DNA from: an uncultured Thermoleophilia bacterium
Lineage (GTDB): Bacteria > Actinomycetota > Thermoleophilia > UBA2241
Length of the DNA stretch: 64,000 bases
Assembly (NCBI GenBank): GCA_963832655.1
Contig: CAWHUW010000009.1
Location: 89,675-153,674 of the forward strand
Reading direction: 5' to 3'
The notes below the pieces were generated by a model, which worked only from the letters and a program-made list of their open reading frames with translations, was not told the origin of the DNA and made no database searches. The translations under genes and the position numbers were made by a program. Positions 49,534 to 57,795 of the stretch are shown here, piece by piece; positions within the stretch are counted from its first letter, which is position 1, and the number at the start of each line of letters is the position of its first letter.

Positions 49534-50289
49534 TCAGGTCAGGGTCTCGCCGCCGTCCACCACGAGCACGGCGCCGGTCATGAACGACGCCGCGTCGCTG
49601 GCGGCGAAGGCGACCGCCTCGGCGATCTCGTCGGGCTTGCCGTAGCGCCCCAGCGGGATCTTGGCCAGCGCGAAGGCGACCGTGTCCTCGTCGTCCTCGG
49701 CGGTCATGCCCGTCTCGATCCAGCCGGGAGCGACCGCGTTGACGCGGATGCCGAGGGGAGCCAGCTCGACGGCGAGGGAGCGGGCGAACATGTGGACCGC
49801 CGCCTTGGTCGCGTTGTAGGTCGGCGACGGGTCCTTGAGGTCGACGACGATCCCGCTCGACGAGCCGATGGCGACGATCGCGCCGCCGCCTCTCGTGCGC
49901 ATGAGGCGCGCCGCGCCGCGCGCGGTGAGGAAGACGCCCCTGACGTTCACCGCCATGTTCTCGTCGAAGACTGCGGCCGGCAGGTCGAGGATGCTGTAGT
50001 CCTCGTCGGTCTCGATGCCGGCGTTGCACACGCAGATGTCGAGACCGCCGAAGGTCCTCTCGATCTCGGCGAGCAGCTGCTCGACCTCCTCCTCACGACT
50101 CACGTCGCAGCGCGTCCCGGCGACCGCGCCGGCGAGTCCCTCGAGCTGTCGCCGGGCGGCCGTCAGTCGCCCGGCATCCCGGCCGCAGATCATGACCGAC
50201 GCGCCCTCGCTCGCGAGCAGGCGCGCCGTGGCGAGACCGATCCCGCTGCTCCCGCCGGTCACCAGCGCCACTTTGTCGCGGAACCTCAT
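49534..50289 (-). CDS. Short-chain dehydrogenase/reductase
   Basis: TGGSSGIG, CNAG, YNATK, 'IRVNAVAPG'. Confidence 0.9.
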   Translation of the reverse strand: MRFRDKVALVTGGSSGIGLATARLLASEGASVMICGRDAGRLTAARRQLEGLAGAVAGTRCDVSREEEVEQLLAEIERTFGGLDICVCNAGIETDEDYSILDLPAAVFDENMAVNVRGVFLTARGAARLMRTRGGGAIVAIGSSSGIVVDLKDPSPTYNATKAAVHMFARSLAVELAPLGIRVNAVAPGWIETGMTAEDDEDTVAFALAKIPLGRYGKPDEIAEAVAFAASDAASFMTGAVLVVDGGETLT

Positions 50290-51020
50290 GGGGCGTCTCC
50301 CTTCTCCGTCGCGCGGTCGACCCGGGGCGGGCCCGCCTCGTTGCGGAAGGCGTGCCTCGTCCAGGGGCAGACCCAGATGCAGATGCCGCAGATCTCGTCG
50401 AACTCGGGGAAGCTCGACTGGTGGGCGTCGCAGGCGGCGCAGTCGTAGAGGACGCGGCGCGGGATCCCCGCGCGCCACGCGACGTCGCGTCCCGCGCCGA
50501 CCGGGCAGGCGTCCACGCACGCGCGACAGGACCCGCAGCGTCCGGTGGTGACGGGCATGCCGGTCGAGAGCGGCAGGTCGGTGAAGACCGTGCCCAGGCG
50601 CACCGAGGCGCCGAACTGAGGGGTCACGAGGAGGGCGGTCTTGCCGATCCAGCCGAGGCCCGCCTGAGTCGCCGCGGTCTTCGAGGCGAAGATCTCCGGG
50701 TCCGTTGGTCCGTCCGGCGCGTCGTCGTCCACGCGCTCGCCCCGATAGCCGTGCGCCCGGAGCAGCGCGACGCACGCCTCGCCGATCTCGACGAGCTCGT
50801 CGTTGACCCGACGATACTCGCCGACCTCAGCCTCGTTCGGGCCTAGCTCGAGGCCGTCGATCGAGGCTGGCCGCAGCCTCAGGGCGAAGGAGATCGCCGT
50901 GGGCAGGTCGGGCGCCGCCGGCCAGTCGGGTCGCACCGCCGCGGCGCCCCAGAGGTCGACCCCGCGGGCGCCCATGAGCGCCGCCATCGCACGGTCGTCG
51001 AGTGCCTTGTCGTCACGCAT
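50286..51020 (-). CDS. QueG/reductive-dehalogenase-like 4Fe-4S protein, paralog of 7576-8262
   Basis: 'KTAATQAGLGWIGKTALL', CGSCRACVDACP, CGICIWVCPW. Confidence 0.8.
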   Translation of the reverse strand: MRDDKALDDRAMAALMGARGVDLWGAAAVRPDWPAAPDLPTAISFALRLRPASIDGLELGPNEAEVGEYRRVNDELVEIGEACVALLRAHGYRGERVDDDAPDGPTDPEIFASKTAATQAGLGWIGKTALLVTPQFGASVRLGTVFTDLPLSTGMPVTTGRCGSCRACVDACPVGAGRDVAWRAGIPRRVLYDCAACDAHQSSFPEFDEICGICIWVCPWTRHAFRNEAGPPRVDRATEKGDAP

Positions 51021-51062
51021 GGCGAGGCGACCGTAGCACCCCGCCGGGTGAGCCGCAATATC

Positions 51063-51092
51063 GTTGACTGTCGACACTTGACTATGTAGCAT
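51063..51092 (+). promoter_or_regulatory. pot operon promoter with heptad operator
   Basis: TTGACT-N17-TAGCAT; GTTGACT-GTCGACA-CTTGACT. Confidence 0.8.
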
Positions 51093-51156
51093 GCGAGGGC
51101 TGCTCCGTTCGTCGCCGCACTCGTGCCGCGATGTCGTCCCTCCAAGGAGGCCTAAC

Positions 51157-52266
51157 ATGAGCACGAAGAGCCGCGGGCTCGCGATCCTCACCCTGGTCGT
51201 CCTGGCCCTGGCCGTCCCGGTACTGGCGGCGTGCGGGGACGAGGAGGCCAGCCCCTCGCCGAGCGCCACGGCGCCCGTCGAGGTCTCCGGTGAGCTCACC
51301 CTGTTCGCTTACGAGGACGGCTTCGTTCCGAAGTACATGAAGCCGTTCAAGGAGGCCTACCCGGACGTCGATCTCAGGGCGAGCGCCTACGACAGCGGCG
51401 ACGCCGCCATCGCCAAGATGCGCGCGGGGTTCGAAGCTGACGTCATCAACCTCTGCGTGGAAGAGAACGCCGAGCAGGCCGTGCGACTCGGTCTCGTGCA
51501 GCCGCTCGACGTGAGCCGTCTGACGCACTGGGACGAGATGTTCCCGGTGTTTCTGACCCTGCCCGCCGTGACGGCCGAGGACGGCCAGCACTACCTGGCG
51601 CCGGTCGACGCCGGGGTGACCGGGGTCCTCTACGACACGACCAAGGTCACCGAGAAGCCGACGTCGTTCATGGACCTCTTCGACCCCAAGTACGAGGGTC
51701 AGGTCGCGATGATCGACTACCCGGTGACCGCGATCCAGGTGGGCGCCCTGGCGCTCGGCTACGAAGACCCGATCAACCTCACGCCCGAGCAGCTCGACGC
51801 GGTGAAGAACCTCTACATCGAGGCCAAGCAGCGCGGCCAGTTCCGCACCTTCTTCTCCAACGACTCCGAGATCGTCGCTCTGTTCCACACCGGCGAGGTC
51901 ACGATCGCCGTGGGCTACCCGGGGAACGCGCTGGACTCGCAGCGCGAGGGCGACCCGGTGGAGTTCTCGATCTGCAAGGAAGGGCAGATCGTCTGGACCT
52001 GCGGCTACGGTATCAGCAAGACGTGCAAGAACATCGACGCCGCCTACGCACTGATCGACTACTACCTGTCGCCCGAGGCGCAGGCGTTCGAGGTCAATGA
52101 GTGGAGCTACTTCCCCACCCTCGAGACCACGCTCGACCTGCTCGACCCGAAGGTGCGCGTGCAGGCCGAGATCGTGCGCGAGTGGGGGAACATCGTACCG
52201 GCGGCCCCGCCGGCCGAAGGCTACGACGAGTGGATCCGCGCCTGGCAAGAGGTGAAGAGGAGCTAG
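51157..52266 (+). CDS. potD: PotD-like ABC substrate-binding lipoprotein
   Basis: RBS AAGGAGG; lipobox LAAC; closely similar to 38857-39978; first gene of the ABC operon. Confidence 0.88.
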   Translation: MSTKSRGLAILTLVVLALAVPVLAACGDEEASPSPSATAPVEVSGELTLFAYEDGFVPKYMKPFKEAYPDVDLRASAYDSGDAAIAKMRAGFEADVINLCVEENAEQAVRLGLVQPLDVSRLTHWDEMFPVFLTLPAVTAEDGQHYLAPVDAGVTGVLYDTTKVTEKPTSFMDLFDPKYEGQVAMIDYPVTAIQVGALALGYEDPINLTPEQLDAVKNLYIEAKQRGQFRTFFSNDSEIVALFHTGEVTIAVGYPGNALDSQREGDPVEFSICKEGQIVWTCGYGISKTCKNIDAAYALIDYYLSPEAQAFEVNEWSYFPTLETTLDLLDPKVRVQAEIVREWGNIVPAAPPAEGYDEWIRAWQEVKRS

Positions 52267-53183
52267 TGGCGCAGGCCGTACTGCAGAACCCTGGGGCGGC
52301 ACCGGGCGAGGGTGGCATCCCCGTCGCGCAGGTGCCGCTCGGCCTTCGCGTGCGGCGTTCTCTCGACGCCGTCGGGGGGCGCACCTACGCGATCGTGTTC
52401 ATCATGCTGCTCTACGGCCCGCTCGTCCTGCTGGCGGCATTCTCGTTCAACGACTCCATCGTCTTCTCGTTGCCGTGGAGCGGCTTCACGACGAAGTGGT
52501 ATTCGGAGGCGTTGTCCGATTCGAACCTCCGCCAGGCGCTGCGGAACTCGGTGATCGTGTCCAGCATCGTCGCTCCGGCGAGCGTCATCCTCGGGACCCT
52601 CGCCGCGTACCCGATCACCCGTCTGCGCTTCAAGCTGCGCGGCGGGGCCGCCATGCTTCTCGCCGCGCCGCTCGTGGTGCCTTGGCTGGTGATCGGCATC
52701 AGCGCGCTCATCTACTTCAACAAGGCGGGGGTCGCCCTGTCGTGGCACACGGTCGTGCTCATGCACATCGTGGTCACGTTCCCGCTCGTCACGGTGCTGA
52801 TGTCGGCGAGCATGGCGCGTTTCGACCGCACCCAGGAGGAGTCGGCCATCGACCTGGGGGCGTCCCAGCTGCAGGTCGTGCGCCACGTGCTCCTGCCTCA
52901 CATCGCGCCGTCGCTGATGGCCTCGTTCATCCTCGCCTTCTCGTGGTCGTTCAACAACTTCGAGATCACCTACTTCGTCGGCGGCTTCGACCAGCTCTTC
53001 CCGGTCTGGGTGTACTCCACCCTGAGACATGCCTCCAACCTGCCGATCGTCAACGCCGTCTCCACACTCGTCTCGATCGTCGAGGTGCTGCTCGTCTACA
53101 CCTTCTGGGTGCTCATAACCCGGGGCGCCGGCGCCCGCACCTCGAAGGAGAAGACCGACACCCTCATGGAGTCGATCCGCTGA
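52266..53183 (+). CDS. potC: Polyamine-type ABC permease (PotC-like)
   Basis: 'LYGPL..L..FSFN', 'GFTTKWY', EAA loop 'EESAIDLGAS'. Confidence 0.88.
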   Translation: MAQAVLQNPGAAPGEGGIPVAQVPLGLRVRRSLDAVGGRTYAIVFIMLLYGPLVLLAAFSFNDSIVFSLPWSGFTTKWYSEALSDSNLRQALRNSVIVSSIVAPASVILGTLAAYPITRLRFKLRGGAAMLLAAPLVVPWLVIGISALIYFNKAGVALSWHTVVLMHIVVTFPLVTVLMSASMARFDRTQEESAIDLGASQLQVVRHVLLPHIAPSLMASFILAFSWSFNNFEITYFVGGFDQLFPVWVYSTLRHASNLPIVNAVSTLVSIVEVLLVYTFWVLITRGAGARTSKEKTDTLMESIR

Positions 53184-54079
53184 TGGCCACCGTGGCTCCG
53201 TCCGCTCCCAAGGACCGCCAGCTCCGCGCCCGCGCGGTCAAGAAGTTCCGCCCGGTCGCGTTCCTGACTGCTCCGATCGCCGTGATCCTGCTCCTGTTCG
53301 TGGCGCCGCTCATCATCCTCGTGATCATGAGCTTCCGCTTCGAATCGCTGTACGGGTTCCAGACTGGGTGGACGCTCGACAACTTCCGGCTTCTGTTCAC
53401 CGATCCCATCTACCGCGGAGTGGCCAAGGACACGCTGATCATCGCCACCACGGCCATGGTGTGCCAGCTCCTGATCGCCTTCCCGCTGTCGTACTTCATC
53501 GCCTTCAAGGCAGGCCGGTGGGAGCTGCCGCTGCTCCTGCTGCTCGTGCTCGTCGACGAGCTCAACCCCATCGTCCGCATCTACGCCTGGCGCATGCTGC
53601 TCGGGAGGGAGGGGCTGATCAACGACTTCCTGATGTGGACCGGGATCGTCGACGCCCCCCTTGACTGGCTTCTGTTCACGAAGTTCTCGGTGATCCTCGT
53701 GCTCTCGACCAGCTGGGTGAACTACTGTGCCTTGCCCATCTACGCGTCGATGAAGGCCATCAACCCGGCCCTCTTCGAGGCGGCGACGGATCTCGGCGCC
53801 GGCTGGTTCACGCGCTGGCGTCGCGTCCTGCTGCCCCTCGCCGCGCCCGGCATCTTCGTCGCCGTCATCCTCGTGTACATCCCGCTGTTCACCGACTTCG
53901 CGACCCCGGGTCTGGTCGGCGGCACGTCGTCGTACATGCTCGGTAACTCGGTCGCCGACCTCATGGTCACTATCGGCGACTGGGGTGGCGGCGCCGCGCT
54001 GAGCCTCTTGCTGCTGGGGGCGATGGCGGTCGTCGCGGTGATCGCGTACTTCCTCACCAAACTCAACCAGCTCGACTGA
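53183..54079 (+). CDS. potB: Polyamine-type ABC permease (PotB-like)
   Basis: 'WTLDNF', 'VRIYAW..LLGREGLIN', 'FEAATDLGA', 'DWGGGAALS'. Confidence 0.88.
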   Translation: MATVAPSAPKDRQLRARAVKKFRPVAFLTAPIAVILLLFVAPLIILVIMSFRFESLYGFQTGWTLDNFRLLFTDPIYRGVAKDTLIIATTAMVCQLLIAFPLSYFIAFKAGRWELPLLLLLVLVDELNPIVRIYAWRMLLGREGLINDFLMWTGIVDAPLDWLLFTKFSVILVLSTSWVNYCALPIYASMKAINPALFEAATDLGAGWFTRWRRVLLPLAAPGIFVAVILVYIPLFTDFATPGLVGGTSSYMLGNSVADLMVTIGDWGGGAALSLLLLGAMAVVAVIAYFLTKLNQLD

Positions 54080-54105
54080 GCTGCGACCGGTCCCGAGGAG
54101 AGCGA

Positions 54106-55239
54106 ATGAACGACACCCCCGCGCAAGGCCATATCAGGATCGAGCGCGTCACCAAGAAGTTCGGCGACACGGTGGCGGTCGACGACGTGACGTTCGAGAT
54201 CCCGGGCGGCGAGTTCTTCTCGATGCTCGGGCCGAGCGGCTGCGGCAAGACGACCACGCTGCGCATGATCGCGGGGTTCGAGGACCCCACGGCGGGGCGC
54301 ATCATCCTCGAGGGCAAGGACGTGAGCTTCGTGCCGCCGGCGAAGCGCAACGTGAACATGGTCTTCCAGGCCTACGGCCTCTTTCCGCACATGACGGTCA
54401 GCCAGAACGTCGCCTTCGGGCTCAAGGTGAAGAAGGTCGCGAGAGCCGAGATCGCCGAGCGCGTTCAGGAGGCGCTGCGCACGGTGCGCATGGACGCCTT
54501 CGCCGATCGCCGGCCGGCCCACCTTTCCGGCGGCCAGCAGCAGCGCGTCGCGCTGGCCCGGGCGCTGGTCAACCGGCCGGCCGCGCTGCTGCTCGACGAG
54601 CCCCTGGGCGCCCTCGATCTCAAGCTCCGCAAGGAGATGCAGCTCGAGCTCAAGCGCATCCACGCCACCACGGGGACGACCTTCGTCTACGTCACCCACG
54701 ACCAGGAAGAGGCGCTGACGATGTCGCAGCGCATCGCGGTGATGAAGGACGGCATCGTGCAGCAGGTGGCGACGCCGCGGGAGCTGTACGAGAAGCCGGC
54801 GAACGCCTTCGTGGCCGGCTTCATCGGCACCTCCAACGTGATCAGCGTGCAGCCAGGCGGTGCGCGCGACGGCGTCGCCGTGATGGACCTCGGCGACGGG
54901 GACCGTGTGTGCGTGCCGGACGTCGGCGCGGGAGCTGGTCCAGTGAAGATCATCGTGCGGCCCGAGCGCATGCGCGTGTGGGGCGACCCGGACGGCGAGC
55001 GTATCTCGCGCGTGCGCGGCACGATCGCCGAAGTCGTGTACCTGGGCTCCATGACGCAGTTGATCATCGACCTCAAGACCGGCGAGCGCGTGACCGTGCA
55101 CGAGCTGAACGACGACCTCAAGGGCGCGCTTCCCGAGATCGGCGACCCGGTCCTGGTCCAGTGGGCCGCCGAGAGCAGTTACGTGATCGACGACGCCGGC
55201 GCTGTCAACGTCGCGGCCGGCTCGGCTTCACCCGATTGA
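54106..55239 (+). CDS. potA: Polyamine-type ABC ATPase (PotA-like)
   Basis: [42 protein letters not shown] tail. Confidence 0.93.
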   Translation: MNDTPAQGHIRIERVTKKFGDTVAVDDVTFEIPGGEFFSMLGPSGCGKTTTLRMIAGFEDPTAGRIILEGKDVSFVPPAKRNVNMVFQAYGLFPHMTVSQNVAFGLKVKKVARAEIAERVQEALRTVRMDAFADRRPAHLSGGQQQRVALARALVNRPAALLLDEPLGALDLKLRKEMQLELKRIHATTGTTFVYVTHDQEEALTMSQRIAVMKDGIVQQVATPRELYEKPANAFVAGFIGTSNVISVQPGGARDGVAVMDLGDGDRVCVPDVGAGAGPVKIIVRPERMRVWGDPDGERISRVRGTIAEVVYLGSMTQLIIDLKTGERVTVHELNDDLKGALPEIGDPVLVQWAAESSYVIDDAGAVNVAAGSASPD

Positions 55240-55297
55240 CGGCGCCGGCGGCCAGCCGGCGCATGTCGTCACAGGCACATCATCCACCAGAAGGAGC

Positions 55298-57105
55298 GTG
55301 CAAATCGTGGACTTCTACACCGGCAAGGTCCTCAGGATCGACCTGAGCGCCGGCGCCACCGCCGTCGAGCCGCTCGACCTGGACTGGGCGCGGCTCTACC
55401 TGGGCGGCAAAGGCCTCCTGTTCCGCTACCTGTGGGACGAGGTCGCGCCGGGGCTGGACCCCGCCTCGCCCGCCAACCCCCTGATGCTCGTCACGGGGCC
55501 GTTCGCCGGCACCAACGTGACCACCGCGTCGCGCCTCGTCGTGGGCTGCAAGAGCCCCACGACGGGGACGATCCTCGACTCGTACGTCGGCGGCTCGTTC
55601 GCGCCCGAGATGAAGTTCGCGGGCTACGACATCATCATCCTCACGGGCGTCGCGCCCGAGCCCACCGTGGTCTGGATCAGCGACGACGTGGTCGAGTTCC
55701 GCTCGGCGACGCCGTACCTGGGCATGAAGACGTCGGAGGTCGAGGAGGCGCTGCGCAACGACCTCGACGGCGACGCGAAGGTGCTCTCCATCGGTCCGGC
55801 CGGGGAGAGCAGGATCCCGTGGGCCTGCCTGTCGACCGATCAGTACCACAAGGCAGGCCGCGGCGGGGCCGGCGCCCTCATGGGCATGAAGAACGTCAAG
55901 GCGGTCGCCATCCGCGGCACGGGCGCCGTGCCCGTCGGCGACGCCAAGGCCTTTCTCGACGCGATGTATGCCCTGCACCACGACTACATCCTCACCGACA
56001 CCAATCTGTGGGCGCACGAAGAGGGCACGCCGATGCTGGTCGACGTGATCAACGGCGGCGGCGCGCTGCCGACGCGCAACTATTCGTCCGGCACCTTCGA
56101 AGGCGCCGACAAGATCAACTCCGAGTCCTTCCAGAAGATCCGCGTCAAGAAGCGCGCCTGCTACCAGTGCGCCATCGGCTGCCGCAACTTCCACGCCACG
56201 AAGTGGGCCGGAGCCGAGGTGCGCGGCGAGGGCCCCGAGTTCGAGACCATCGCCCTCTGCGGCTCGAACTGCGGCATCGACGACATCGACGCGCTGATGA
56301 AGTTCAACGAGCTTTGCGACGAGCTCGGCATGGACACGATCTCTTCGGGCTCCGTGGTCGGTCTGGCCATGGATCTCTGCGAAAAGGGCTACGCCGATTT
56401 CGGTCTCGCCTTCGGCGACAGCAAGGGCTATCTGCAGGCGGTGGAGCTGATGGCGAAGCGCGAGGGCTTCGGCGCCGAGCTGGCGCTCGGCGCAAGGCCC
56501 TCGCCGCCAAGTACGGCCACCCCGAACTCGCCATGCAGGTGAAGAACATGGAGGTGCCCGGGTACGACCCGCGGGGCGCCTTCGGGATGGCGCTCAGCTA
56601 CGCGACATCCGACCGCGGAGCCTGCCACATGCGGTCCTTCCCCGTCGGCCAGGAGATCGTCGAGGGCTCGATGCCCGCCGACACCTTCGAGGGCAAGGCC
56701 GAGTGGATCGTGAACGCCGAGGCCGGCGGCCAGAACTTCTTCGCCCTCAAGTTCAGCGGCATCTGGTGCGACTTCTGGGCGATCGACCTCGAGCAGATCG
56801 CCATGCTCATGAAGCACCTGTGGGGCCGCGAGTTCGCGCGCGACGAGCTCATGCAGATCGGCGAGCGCATCTGGAACCTCGGGCGGCTGTTCAACTTGCG
56901 CGAGGGGCTCACGATCGCCGACGACGCGCTGCCCGAGCGCATGCACGAGCAGCGCTTCGCGGAGGGCGCGGCGGCGGGCAAGGTGATCGACCGCGCCGCC
57001 TTCGCCGACGCCCTGCAGGAGTACTACGCCATCCGCGGCTGGGATGCCGCCGGCGTCCCCTCAGAGGCCAAGCTCGCAGAGCTCGGCGTCGACGTGCGCC
57101 TCTAG
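55298..57105 (+). CDS. aor: Aldehyde:ferredoxin oxidoreductase (W/Mo-bis-pterin AOR family); frameshift near 56495
   Basis: 'YLGGKG', 'KSP.TG', 'SIGPAGE', 'AGRGGAGA.MG.KN.KA', CxxCxxxC, 'GPEFET', 'CDELGMDTIS', 'PGYDPRG', 'RGACH', 'YY..RGWD'. Confidence 0.9.
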
Positions 57106-57141
57106 ACGACCGTCCGGCGAGAGACGAAGGGACACACAGAC

Positions 57142-57639
57142 ATGCCTCACGTGATGATCAGTTCCAAGAAGTGCACCGGCTGCCACATGTGCGAGCTCGC
57201 CTGCTCGGCGCAGCACGAGAACGCCTACCGCCCCTCGGTCGCGCGCCTCTTCGGCGAGGTCAACCCGACCACGGGCGCCATCAAGGGCCACACCTGCCTG
57301 CAGACCGGCTGCGCCAAGTGCCAGGAGGCCTGCCCCAACGACGCCATCGTGACGAAGGAGATCACCGTCAAGGTCAAGGGCGACTTCGCCGGCCGCGAGA
57401 AGCTCGGCGACACCGTCAACGGCTACGTGCTCGTCGTCGTCGACGACCTCTGCACCAACTGCGGCGAGTGCTACGACGTCTGCCCCACCGGGGTCATCCA
57501 CGAGCACCCCGACCGCGAGGTCGCCTTCAAGTGCGACCTCTGCGACGGCGAGCCCCAGTGCATCGCCTTCTGCCAGAACCCCCACGTCCTCGCCGTCGAC
57601 CTCAAGGTCGACAAGATGGACCGGGAGCTGCAGGCGTAG
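57142..57639 (+). CDS. Multi-[4Fe-4S] ferredoxin-like subunit, AOR partner
   Basis: CTGCHMCELAC, CLQTGCAKCQEACP, CTNCGECYDVCP, KCDLC...C...C. Confidence 0.9.
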   Translation: MPHVMISSKKCTGCHMCELACSAQHENAYRPSVARLFGEVNPTTGAIKGHTCLQTGCAKCQEACPNDAIVTKEITVKVKGDFAGREKLGDTVNGYVLVVVDDLCTNCGECYDVCPTGVIHEHPDREVAFKCDLCDGEPQCIAFCQNPHVLAVDLKVDKMDRELQA

Positions 57640-57795
57640 GGGCATGGCGGCGGGGCCGGCCGGTCAACTACGCGCAGCAGGGCGTTGACGATTGGAATAG
57701 GTGGGTTACGGGGCGTGTGACGTTCGGAGGGCCGCGGTGCGGCGACGGGCTGCAAGCCCTGCGCCGCACCGCGGCCACAGATCCTGGAGGTAGTC

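Noticed and set aside
6255-56500. Programmed ribosomal frameshifting in the split genes
   Set aside because: There are no consistent slippery heptamers, and the breaks are spread over unrelated gene families, which fits sequencing indels.
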